A DNA stretch of 63,378 bases, the filler included, from Octopus bimaculoides (Eukaryota), in the NCBI RefSeq assembly GCF_001194135.2. It is 5 parts of 4 records of this genome, joined end to end, with 100 filler letters (N's around TTAATTAATTAA, not from the genome) between each part and the next. Parts side by side here need not be neighbours in the genome. Positions count along the whole stretch, not along the records: positions 21,962 to 46,049 come from NC_068988.1; positions 46,150 to 59,489 come from NC_068986.1; 3 more parts are not named here. One strand, given 5' to 3'. A program made the translations under genes and the position numbers. Of the stretch, positions 36,361 through 47,634 are shown piece by piece (positions within the stretch are counted from its first letter, which is position 1; each line of letters begins with the position of its first letter). The notes beneath the pieces were generated by a model that was not told the origin of the DNA, did no database searches, and saw nothing but the letters and a program-made list of their open reading frames with translations.

Positions 36361-37518
36361 CGTAGATTCGATTTCAATCGCAATATGGATTTTAAAAAGT
36401 TTTAATCGTTTTATTTATCTCACATTCATAGACCGTTAAAACAGTTGAATATTTCAATGTTTGTGTTGTTGTTGTTTTTTTTTCTTTTAAATCAACGAAA
36501 ATGTATCTGGGAAAGGACATACCAATAATTGCTTAACATTGGAGTAAGTAGTATTTACATTTCTAACTTTTTACCAAGTTTCTATCAACACGTTCTATTT
36601 TCGATGTTAAGTGACATTTTGCAAGATTCTTTGTTCTTCGGTATGCACCACGCAACTGTATTGCTCGCCGTTGCCTTGCTAGACTCATGAGCTTTACATA
36701 ATTAAATAGATTCACCAAAAACAATGGTGTTTTAGGTATTTCCATTAACAAACAATACGCCCAAATTCCTCATATTTTAAATGAATTATCAGTGCAGTAG
36801 CGATAGTAAATTTTCTGGAACAAGTTTTTTGTTATTGTTCTGCTGAAAATGTTTGTAACAAACTCGCATGCTGTGTGGGTGAAAAGGAATCTGACATTAT
36901 CTCTGCGACATAGACACTCTCATGATCACCACAAATGATTATGAAAATGTAGTATAAGGTTGATTACTGTTTTTATGTCTATTGTTATAGTAAAGTGTAT
37001 GGGGTGTCAGGAGGAGGCGTACTTAGGATGTATTCCGTCCGCTTTGATCTCTTCCTGGCATCCAACAATTGGGGCCCAGTTGTGGCTCCAAGTTGCTGCT
37101 TGCATACAACGGCAGCTACACTCCAATAAACTGCTTCGTCTAGTGAGCTCAACGAGGTAAATCTTGGTGAGTTAGGGCTTGCCTGTCTATGCATGTGAAG
37201 ATTGGATCGGTGAACTCTACGGAAGAAACCGACATGGTTCAAATGAGAAGTGTGGCTGCAGCAACGCATTGTGGAATACAGAGAGCAATATGAGGCAAAT
37301 AAGACATCTTGCATCCGTTTCCATCTCCAGTCGTATTGACCTGGTCTTGCCACTGGTTTGAACGGTTACAGACTAAAGAGTGCAGTCGACGGTGTGCGAC
37401 TCTTCTTCACTTTAAACAAAGTGACCGAACAAGCCATCAGTTATCCTTTAAGGACGATAAGATTGTCCTCGTCGCTCCGACGGACGAACATGCATGTATA
37501 ATAAAGTACACGATTGGT

Positions 37519-37770
37519 ACTCTTTGATATTCAAAATATTCTTCGGTTGTTGATATACTTTTTGGAATTCGTATATTCCTTGGCATTTGAATATACTTAG
37601 GAATTTGAATATTCTTTGCTATTCCAATATTCTTTGGTGTTCAAATATTCTTTGGCATTCGAATAGTTTTTGGTATTCAAATATTCTTTTTTCTTATATT
37701 CTTTGGTATTAGAATATTCTTTCTTCTTCTTCAAGCATGCTTTGTATTTTGAATATTCTTTGGCATTGCG
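37519..37770. repeat. Degenerate 18-bp minisatellite
   Basis: Units like aatattctttggcattcg and aatattctttggtattca; roughly a dozen degenerate copies. Confidence 0.8.
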
Positions 37771-37779
37771 ATACTAATA

Positions 37780-38673
37780 TACAAAGTGAATTCCAGAAGT
37801 TTTGGAACTTTTATAGGAGAAGCTGTTGTAGCTATCCTGAATGATTGTAATTTTAGTATATCATTACTATACATCTAATAAGCTGACGTACCAACTTTTG
37901 TTATTCCAGATTGAACAATACTTTGAACACACTCTGCTAAACATTGCTTGTCATAGCTGATTAATTTTCAGACTGCAGTCGGGACATTAGATAGCTGTCC
38001 ATGCGATAAAGTTTTATGCTAAACTGGGCAAAAATTTATGAAAAGCTTCAGATTGCTTGTCGATTAACTTTTTCGCTGACACAAAGGCTCGCTCAAGGAC
38101 GGCAGAAAAAAAAGTGATACGATGAGACGTGTGAGAAGGAGAGAGACGTCAGACCATCAGATCTGTTTGGGAAAATTCATAATTTTCTAGATGAAGACCG
38201 ATGCGTGTCAATAAAGATAAAAAGCATACAGTTTGGTGTTGGTGGTAACTACACAGAATAATCCAATTATTCATGAAGATCTGAAGATATGCAAAATTTG
38301 TGCAATGTTTGTTCCCAAGTTGCTCAGTGATAAGAATCCTGGTAAGCAACTACTTGACAGAGATGGGCTTCAAAGCTACCTTTTATCCTACAGTTCAAAC
38401 CTTGCTCCCCATAAGTGTTGGTTGTTCTCCAAGCTGAAAAGAACGCTGAGGCCTGTCGTTTTGAAGACATTGAGAAGATGGAGGTTGTGACAAAGGTCCT
38501 GGACACCTTCACTTTGGAGGATTTCCACGAGGCCTTCACGAAGTGGCTGGATTATTACAACAAGTGCAATGGTGTCATAGGATCCTACTTTGAAGGAGAT
38601 TAGCAGTTTGTACTCTGAAATTGAAAACTGCCTATCCTGAAAAAGTCTGGAAGCTTCTGAAATGCATCTTGTA
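37780..38673 (+). mobile_element. Mariner-type DNA transposon, internally deleted, with TIRs and TA TSD
   Basis: Left TAcaaagtgaattccagaagttttggaactttt and right aaaagtctggaagcttctgaaatgcatcttgTA are imperfect inverted termini. Transposase remnants include HEDLKICKICAMFVPKLLSD, YSSNLAP...WLFSKLKR and RFEDIE...FHEAFTKWLDYYNKC....GSYFEGD*. Confidence 0.9.
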
Positions 38674-38784
38674 CTTTTTTCCCTAGTTTAGGCGATTAGA
38701 CTGCGATCATGCTGGGGCTCTGTCTTCAATGGTCTTAGCTGATTTTTATTGTTTCTGTAACGTACGAAATGCAAAGTGGCTATT

Positions 38785-38897
38785 GGATACTGACTCAGTC
38801 GGATACTGAGTCAGTCGGATACTGACTCCAGTCGGATACTGACTCAGTCGGATACTGACTCAGTCGGATACTGACTCAGTCGGATACTGACTCAGTC
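38785..38897. repeat. Tandem array of seven 16-bp units (ggatactgactcagtc), each built on an AP-1 heptamer
   Basis: Five units have TGACTCA, one has TGAGTCA, and one is disrupted by an extra C. Confidence 0.95.
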
Positions 38898-39113
38898 GGA
38901 GAAGAATATGGCGGAGCATTTGTGTTTGAATGAACCGGTTTTCATCTCATTCAAATGCAAGTATACACACATGAAATATACATATGCATATGTCTATATC
39001 TATACGTGTTTGTGCATGTGTGTGTGTGCGCGTGCGTGCATGTGTGCATGCGTGTGTGCATGCATAGGTGTGTGTATATATATATATATGTGTGTGTGTG
39101 TGTGCGTGTGTGT

Positions 39114-39155
<42 letters not shown>

Positions 39156-40649
39156 ACAAACGTATATATGTATGCACACATATACAATGGCGATAATCGT
39201 AACGATAATTATCTGCACGCGCTATTTTGTAATTATTAAAAAATACAAAGCAAATAATGAAATTCTTTATTATAGTATCTATTTTCACACAAAACAGTAA
39301 ATCAGAAAAATTAATTCATGACTGTTTTATGTAGTTGCAGACCTCTGCTGTTGATCGTTGAAACAAGCCAGATACGTGAGAGCGTATACTACCACCTTTT
39401 TTCCCCTGTAGATCAATATTATAGAAAAAATGTGTTTACATTCTTATTTAAACCACAACGAGGTTTTGTAATATTTAACTTTATTTCATTTCTTATTTAT
39501 ATTTTATTGTAAATGACCCCTGGAGATGATTTATCACTCTTTTAACATTTGGCCAATGATCCTTAAAATTGTTGACTTTCACAAGCGGAGAACAATAGCT
39601 ATGATATTTCTTGCTATATTACTGTAATCTTCTTAAGATAATATTGCCAAAAAGATGGAAGAGATGGGGAAATTATTTTTAAAAACCTGACTTGAAAGTC
39701 AGAATTTTGTTCCACAATCTTTTTGTGTAAACATGAATATAGAATATATCTAGCTGAACGATTCGGGCTGGTCTATAAAAGTTTTAATATATCAACCTTT
39801 TCAAAATGTTCTTGAATAATATTAAGAAATAAATATACTTGTCACAGCTTGCACAGATCAAATTTCCCATTATTTTTGGTTTGGTGTTTCATAGTGACAG
39901 CTGAGTTATATTTAGGATTCTTGATAAAAGCATTAGAATTTACTGACCCTCGCCATGTCAAGAGGACATGTCAAAACATTTGTTTTCTATAAGTCATCTT
40001 ACATTGTAAACTTATGCCCCTGTCTCTAACAGTGTTGTTGTTATTGTTTATGCTGCATAGCCACGGGTTAACTTTAGTCAAACAACCGGACCTGTTATCA
40101 AAGCGTTCCAAACATGACCATCCCATTTAATCTTCAGAGTCACTGTATTTAAGATTATATCCTACAATGTATCCATCATTTTTAAAGATTTCAAGGGAAT
40201 TCAATTGTTGTTTCTAGTTGGCTGATCGGCCACCTAAAAGTCACCCCCTCGTTCTTGTGCTCTGGAGGAATCACTCCTAATTGCCTGCTGAAAAAAAAAA
40301 GGAGTTACAAGTGCAACGAAGAGAGCTTTTAGTAGCAGTTGTTGTTTAGAGCTAGGTTACCTCAGAGTGAGCAGACCTACTATCAAAAGCGTTCCGGTTA
40401 TGACCTTTCCACCCTTCTCCAGAAGCATTGTATATTTAGGACTAGATTATTATTTTGATGACGGCAGGGTGAAGTTTCAGGAAGATTTGACTGTTATTTT
40501 AAGTAGTTCAAGTTACTGTAGAGATTTTCTCGTTAGCTGTTTCATAATGATAAAATATTTTGTAATGCTAAGACTTTTGTTAATAGAATTGCAACCAGGT
40601 TTCGATTCATTGATGTAACTTATACATTTTGGCACTACCTTAAGAACCT

Positions 40650-41070
40650 AGTTCGGACGATCCCGTGATTTGGCAGAATAGTTAAAACGTTGGACAAAAT
40701 GCTACGTGGTGTTTACTTGATTATTGATTTTACATTTCGACAAGGTCGACATAGACTTTCATCCTTCTGGAATTTCATAAAACAGAGAACCAGGCAGGAA
40801 CCAAATCGATAAAATAAGCATCAGTCTGAAATTAGGTTGAAAAAATAGAGTACCAACCAGGTACTAGATCGATAAAATAGAATACGAAACAGAAACTTTC
40901 GTCGATAAAATAAAATTTAAAAAAAGCAAAAAGCAGTCTGGAGCTGGATCGATAAAATAGAGTACCGACCAGGAATTGGATCGATAAAATAAAGTTCTAG
41001 TCAGGAGTTGGCATAAATCACAATCAGTTATACAATTCCCCCAAATTTGAGACCTTGTGCCAGTAATGTA
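40650..41070 (+). mobile_element. SINE family A copy with an internal tandem expansion of a ~32-bp unit
   Basis: Head at 40650-40770 (ttggcagaatagtt...aaggtcgac...tttcatcc); about six atcgataaaatagagtaccgaccaggaattgg-like units at 40805-41010; tail ccccaaatttgagaccttgtgcc. Confidence 0.7.
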
Positions 41071-42454
41071 AATATTTAAGCGAATGGTTCTCGTTGCTTG
41101 GATAATAATTCCAGTAAAATGCAACATTTATACAAAGAAGTTAAATCAAAATATTTGTAAAAACTTCTAGTTAAAATCCAAGTATATAATGTTCTCTCTT
41201 GTCTTTTTTTTGTTTTCGTTTTTTTTTTTTACTTCTTAAACTGATAGCTTTTAAAATGGCCACTCTACCGCGGCATGTGTGGATTCTCGATATCCTTTAT
41301 GTGAATGACCTCGATTCTCTGAACACTTTCAACCACGTTTGCCTTCGTAAAGCTAACCACATTTAAATCTCTTCAACCACATTACATCACATAACTTTTA
41401 ACAGCTTCAGACAAAACTAAACCATCTTTGCTAATAAAACTAGGTAAACTTTGGTTTGGATCTCTGCCAACCCAGCAGCATTAAGTAATTCAAGAGACAT
41501 ATTAATTATCTCCAGAATGAAGAATCACATAACAGCTACTTAGCTCATAAATAGCTTCTAGCCAAAATCCTCCTAATTTCTGCTGAAGCAGCTTCTAACA
41601 GCCTCTTGTAAACTCACGCTGAAAGCTAACATTTTCAAACTTGCTAAAACTGCATCAATGAGTAAGAATTCTTTTTTAGTGACGAAAATTAAACGAACGT
41701 TTGACTAAAACTGACATTTTATCCGACCCAATTACATCTCATGACTAATTAATATCCACTTCCTCTGACTCATTCTTAATTGCCTGTCTCGGTATTCAAA
41801 ATATATGAAAGGACTATCCGTTCAATAACCAACTATATTACTCCGACCGCCTGGCTTTGCTTACATTTTGTCTCTTCCGACGTTAATTAGAACGAAAGCA
41901 TATTTATCCACTATGAGAAGATATCGTAACGATAATAATAGTTGTTTCAAGAAATACGAAAATACATGATAGTATATCGACATGTTGATACAAGATATCT
42001 TAGTACGTTCGCTTGCAATTACGGTTTGAAATAGTGTCTTAGTTCAATATCTTTGTGAAAACATTAAGTGAAGTATGAAAGATGGCCACGTAGTTTACCT
42101 CATAAAGGTTGTTCGTAATGTAAGTGATATTGGTACCAACCCACTAGATAAGAGAAATTAAACGCACGCTGTGATTAGGTTACATTATATGAAAAAATTG
42201 TTATATATTTTATATCTGTTTATTTTACTTTCTATCCTTGCATTTTCACGTCATCGACATCCATGAATGCATTCGCATCTGTGTATTTATGTATGGATGT
42301 AGGTGTTGTTGTTATTATTATTCAGTTCCATATTTGTTTTAACTGTGTAGACATAATTAAAAACGTCCTCGACATGGTCTGCACGCGCCCGCATGTGTAC
42401 ATGTGTGTAGGTGCGTGTATATAAACAAAAATGAAATAATTGAAATGCCGCAGG

Positions 42455-42530
42455 CATGGCTGTCTTCTACTATAGTCTCAGGCCGACCAAAGCCTTGAGA
42501 GTAGATTTTGTAACTAAAAGAAGCCCGTCG

Positions 42531-42584
<54 letters not shown>

Positions 42585-42810
42585 CGTGTGTATGACTTTG
42601 TGTCTGTGTTTGCCCCCCCCCCCATCACCGTTTGACACCCGGTGTTGTTTATGTCCCCGTAACCGAGCAGTTCGACAAAAATGACCGATATAATTAGTAC
42701 GAAGCTTAGGAAATAAGTGCCGGGGTCGATTTGTTCGACTAAAATCCCTCAAGGCGGTGCTCCAGCATGGCCGAAGTCAAATGACTGGGACAAGTAAAAG
42801 AATAGAAATG
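42455..42810 (+). mobile_element. SINE family B, 5'-truncated
   Basis: gtcttctactatagtctcaggccgaccaaagccttg...ggggtcgatttgttcgactaaaa...aggcggtgctccagcatggccg..gtcaaatgactgg.acaagtaaaagaatag. Confidence 0.9.
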
Positions 42811-43017
42811 TTAAGGTACATAAAATGCCACACAAGAAAACATCTTGACTTATTGAAATTATCTTCCATTGGAAAGAAAAGTAAACATGTGGCAAAGGAA
42901 GATAATCTCAAAAATCAAGACGGCGTTAAGAAAAAAAAGAAACAGTTTGATAGCCTGAAGACAAGAGGATAGCTATGGACATGTGCTTAAGCATTTTTAG
43001 ACGTATTCAAATGTTGT

Positions 43018-43164
43018 TGACACTCCGTCGCTTACGACGTCGAGGTTCCAGTTGATCCGATCAACGGAACAGCCTGCTCGTGAAATTAACGTGCAAGTGG
43101 CTGAGCACTCCACAGACATGTGTACTCTTAATGTAGTTCTCGGGGATATTCAGCGTGACACAGT
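43018..43164 (-). mobile_element. SINE family C, 3' part
   Basis: gacactccgtcgcttacgacgtcgaggttccagttgatccgatcaacggaacagcctgctcgtgaaattaacgtgcaagtggctgagcactccacag is the reverse complement of 30330-30478. Confidence 0.9.
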
Positions 43165-43166
43165 GG

Positions 43167-44315
43167 GGATCTTGTTCAAAACCAGTATTTTCTTAACGAA
43201 ACACTTTGAAACTTGGTCCACTGGTAGAATGTGTCATATAAAACATCTTTTTCTCTTAGTCTTCTTAACAAAAAAAAACGTACATCGCAAGTTATTCCAT
43301 GTTAAAGTTGTCGTATTTCCGTAATTTCAACCAATGACTGACGTCCATTCAGCCGAATAACATTAAGTGCTGACTACGTAAACAAACGATTCTCAAACGA
43401 TTCTGGCGGTAATAAAATTNNNNNNNNNNNNNNNNNNNNNNNNNNNNNNNNNNNNNNNNNNNNNNNNNNNNNNNNNNNNNNNNNNNNNNNNNNNNNNNNN
43501 NNNNNNNNNNNNNNNNNNNNNNNNNNNNNNNNNNNNNNNNNNNNNNNNNNNNNNNNNNNNNNNNNNNNNNNNNNNNNNNNNNNNNNNNNNNNNNNNNNNN
43601 NNNNNNNNNNNNNNNNNNNNNNNNNNNNNNNNNNNNNNNNNNNNNNNNNNNNNNNNNNNNNNNNNNNNNNNNNNNNNNNNNNNNNNNNNNNNNNNNNNNN
43701 NNNNNNNNNNNNNNNNNNNNNNNNNNNNNNNNNNNNNNNNNNNNNNNNNNNNNNNNNNNNNNNNNNNNNNNNNNNNNNNNNNNNNNNNNNNNNNNNNNNN
43801 NNNNNNNNNNNNNNNNNNNNNNNNNNNNNNNNNNNNNNNNNNNNNNNNNNNNNNNNNNNNNNNNNNNNNNNNNNNNNNNNNNNNNNNNNNNNNNNNNNNN
43901 NNNNNNNNNNNNNNNNNNNNNNNNNNNNNNNNNNNNNNNNNNNNNNNNNNNNNNNNNNNNNNNNNNNNNNNNNNNNNNNNNNNNNNNNNNNNNNNNNNNN
44001 NNNNNNNNNNNNNNNNNNNNNNNNNNNNNNNNNNNNNNNNNNNNNNNNNNNNNNNNNNNNNNNNNNNNNNNNNNNNNNNNNNNNNNNNNNNNNNNNNNNN
44101 NNNNNNNNNNNNNNNNNNNNNNNNNNNNNNNNNNNNNNNNNNNNNNNNNNNNNNNNNNNNNNNNNNNNNNNNNNNNNNNNNNNNNNNNNNNNNNNNNNNN
44201 NNNNNNNNNNNNNNNNNNNNNNNNNNNNNNNNNNNNNNNNNNNNNNNNNNNNNNNNNNNNNNNNNNNNNNNNNACCCTGACCCTAACCCTAACCCTAAAC
44301 CTAACCCTAACACTA
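43167..44315. mobile_element. Partial copy of the fold-back MITE family seen at 53808-54470
   Basis: 43167-43419 matches the reverse complement of the right arm (ttcttaacg.aacacttt.aaacttgg...tggtagaatgtgtcatataaaa...gttgtcgtatttc.gtaatttcaaccaat.actgacgtc.attcagc.gaataa). After the gap 43420-44273 come (CCCTAA)-type repeats at 44274-44310. Confidence 0.8.
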
Positions 44316-44764
44316 GATTTGTGAGATTTGGCTGTTATTTCTAGCATGTAAATAGCCTGCTTGGTGCGGGAGGGGGGGGGGATTGAAATTTAAAAAAAAA
44401 ATTTTTTTCAGAATCGGAATCACCATAGCGTAAAACGTGGGATTCCGTAAAAAAAATTAATAAATAAGTGGGGGGAAGGTTCAGATTACATATAGTCCGT
44501 CTCTACCAGAATGAGCACTGAATTGAGATTTGTTAGTCGTATCGGGGTTGTAGTTGAAGACACTTGCCCTGGGTGATGTAAAATGAGGCTGAAACTGAAC
44601 GCAAGACCACATGATTGAGCCCTAGATAAAAATAAAAATAAAAACCCGGGTCTTCAAGGTGGTATCTCAGCATGGCTGCAGTTCAATGACTGAAATAAAT
44701 AAAACGTAACAGATATAAATATGCTATTTTCCAGGTCGAGGCTTGTCAATTAGAGTGCCTGAGG

Positions 44765-44960
44765 CGCGAACTGGCAGAATCGTGAGTACGCCACCATTTT
44801 GGCCGTCTTTACGTTCTGAGTACAAATTCCGCCGAGGTTGACTTTGCCTTTCATCCCTTTCGGAGTTGATAGAATAAATACAAGTTGAATACGAGTGTCA
44901 ATGTAATCGACTTACTCCACTTCCCTGAACTCACTGGCCTTGTACCAAAATTTGGAACTA
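44765..44960 (+). mobile_element. SINE family A
   Basis: ggcgcgaactggcagaatcg...ctttacgttctgagtacaaattccgccgaggttgactttgcc. Confidence 0.85.
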
Positions 44961-44993
44961 TTATTAGAAGAACTTCCACAAAATATATTCATA

Positions 44994-45371
44994 GGCGCAG
45001 GAGTGGCTGTGTGGTAAGTAGCTTGCTTACCAACCACATGGTTCCGGGTTCAGTCCCACTGCATGGCATCTTGGGCAAGTGTCTTCTACTATAGCCTCGG
45101 GCCGACCAAAGCCTTGTGAGTGGATTTGGTAGGCGGAAACTGAAAGAAGCCCGTCGTATACATGTATATATATGTGTGTGTGTGTTTGTGTGTCTGTGTT
45201 TGTCTCCTCAACTTCGCTTAATGTCCCCGTCACTTAGCGGTTCGGCAAAAAAACCGATAGAATAAGTACTAGGCTTACAAAGAATAAGTCCCAGGGTCGA
45301 TTTGCTCGACTAAAGGCGGTGCTCCAGCATGGCCGCAGTCAAATGACTGAAACAAGTAAAAGAGTAAAAGA
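44994..45371 (+). mobile_element. SINE family B, full length
   Basis: tRNA-like head ggcgcaggagtggctgtgtggtaagtagcttgc...ccgggttcagtccc; internal TA/TG microsatellite; tail gaaacaagtaaaagagtaaaagag. Confidence 0.95.
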
Positions 45372-46049
45372 GAGAAAGTAATGTTTTTTCTGAGAAAAGC
45401 TCTCTCATTCCACCGAGATGTCCCTCAATTTTGAATATTAAAGATTTTTTCAACTTATATACAAATATGTAAATACGTACATAGAAAACAAATAAAGATA
45501 GTAAGCTAGTTCACGCGCTCGCGCTCACTGACTCACTTCACAAGCATGTACACATGTACACACATTTTTTATAACAATAACACTTGATTGTTATGAAAGT
45601 CCTGTTCGTTTCATTCTGATGAGGTTATCATGTCAATTGTGTATTGATGAGCACAATTGTGTACTGAGTGAAACAAACAGAACCCTTATAACAATCAACC
45701 ATTATTCTAAATATCCTGGTATTCATTTCCTTGTCCATCATAGAGCCATTCATGCCTTAAGTAAAAAGAAACAATCAACATGTATACATGTATATCTGTG
45801 TGTGTACGTGTGTATGTGTGTATGTACGCGATGTGTATGTGTGCATATATATGTGCGCGTGCATGTGTATACATACGTACATCATACATATGTATGTCTA
45901 TGTATGTATGTATGTATGTATGTATGTATGTATGTATGTATGTATATATGTGTATATATAGGTATATATGTGTGTGTGTATGTATATATATACATACATA
46001 TATACATATACCTACATACATACATACATACATATATATATATATATAT

Positions 46050-46149
46050 NNNNNNNNNNNNNNNNNNNNNNNNNNNNNNNNNNNNNNNNNNNNTTAATTA
46101 ATTAANNNNNNNNNNNNNNNNNNNNNNNNNNNNNNNNNNNNNNNNNNNN
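46050..46149. other. Artificial 100-bp gap with TTAATTAATTAA linker
   Basis: 44 N + 12-mer + 44 N. Confidence 0.95.
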
Positions 46150-46192
46150 GAAGTAGACAGACAGACAGACATACAGACAGACAGACAGACAA

Positions 46193-46244
<52 letters not shown>

Positions 46245-46256
46245 GTAGATAGATAG
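46150..46256. repeat. (GACA)n(GATA)n microsatellite
   Basis: Direct reading. Confidence 0.95.
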
Positions 46257-46970
46257 AAAGAACTGCGTCCAAACGACTGTTTGGTATTGCAGGCCTTGTG
46301 CAAGAAGAAAGATGGAAACCAACTTTCAACGTCCGGGTTACCCTGAACGTTTTCGATTTACAGAAGATAAGAACAACTAGCGTCCTTATTTTGAAGTCAG
46401 TGAGAGAGAGTGAAGGAGAATGTGGGCGGTAACCAGTTTGTTTGGCTTTCTTTTGTTAAGTATAATGATAATTATGTCCTCTGTTAAAAAAAAAAAAAAG
46501 ATAAGCCGTCAGCCTTTGTAAACTTTAAGTTTAAATACGGTTAAAGTAAATTTGTGAAGCAGAGTATTTTGGTGTAGTTTGGTTGAGATATTTCGGTAGA
46601 ACTTTTAAACAGCTGTTAAGTAAACCATCGGAGCTTGTCATTCAGTTCACGTTATCAACAAAATAAATTGTTTACATTTGCAAAACATGATACGCAAGAT
46701 ATATAATTATACATTTTGTGTGTGTGAGAGAGAGAGTGAGAGAGAAAGAGAGAGACACAGAGAGAGAGACAGTGGAAAGTGTGTAGCGAATTGACAGTGA
46801 CGTTAAAGCTTCGAATGGTTTACCTGGTGATATTTATTCTGGATCTCTGTGTTCTGTTTTCAAATCCTGCCAAGGTCAACTATGCTTTTCACTTTTGCGA
46901 AGTCGATAAATCAAGTCACCTTACTAAAGTCAGTTCTTCTCTCTTTCTCTTTCTGCCTTCCCCTGCTCCC

Positions 46971-46972
<2 letters not shown>

Positions 46973-47050
<78 letters not shown>
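46973..47050. repeat. (CT)n microsatellite
   Basis: Direct reading. Confidence 0.95.
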
Positions 47051-47055
<5 letters not shown>

Positions 47056-47262
47056 CCTGTCTCTCTCGGTCTTACTCTTTCTTTTTCAAAGAAATCGACT
47101 TTGGTCAAACGTAGACTGATAGGCCTTCTAACACATCCTCGGCAGGTTTCCTTTTATTTCTTCTATACTACTATTTCTATGAATTAGTAACTAATGTGTG
47201 TGTGTATCTGTGTGTGTGTGTGTGTGTGCGTGCGTGCGTGCGCGCGTGTATATATATGCATG

Positions 47263-47533
47263 TATTATCCGAAGTGTATAGTATTATATATTCATCACGG
47301 CCGATCTTAATCGGTTTCGCGCTAGGGATACAACGGAGTGTTAGATAACAATCCGATTATATAACCCTACACTCATCAGAGGCAGCTGATATGGAATGAA
47401 ATATCAGCTACCTCTGATGAGCGTAGGGTTATATAATCGGATTGTTATCTAACATTCCGTTGTATCCCTAGTGCGAAACCGATTGGTAAGATCGGCCGTG
47501 ATGGATATATAATACTGTACACTTCGGATAATA
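47263..47533. repeat. Near-perfect ~270-bp palindrome (inverted Penelope-type terminal repeats)
   Basis: Arms 47263-47392 and 47401-47533 with an 8-nt spacer ggaatgaa; six transition mismatches and one 3-nt indel. Confidence 0.95.
47407..47497 (+). ncRNA. Hammerhead ribozyme core (right arm); a mirrored copy lies on the minus strand in the left arm
   Basis: CTGATGA 47414-47420; stem II gc.taggg...cccta..gc; GAAA 47475-47478; stem III A-CC-gatt-GG-T; GTA triplet ending at 47488. The local stem I is weak (tc/ag, then mismatches). Confidence 0.7.
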
Positions 47534-47600
47534 TACCCACTCTGTTGGCAGACATACGAGAGCATCTATTTCCTGGCTTGTGGGCTTTGAAACGACTTAT

Positions 47601-47634
<34 letters not shown>

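Noticed and set aside
36985-37353. 122-aa minus-strand ORF downstream of the LRR gene
   Set aside because: No recognisable domain or splice support; the region looks like decayed repeat sequence.
41230-41900. Possible CR1-type LINE remnant
   Set aside because: Only faint similarity (LYVND-like) with no readable frame; not supportable.
44274-44310. CCCTAA repeats beside a large gap as a true chromosome end
   Set aside because: Short, degenerate, embedded in a MITE copy and followed by ordinary interspersed repeats.
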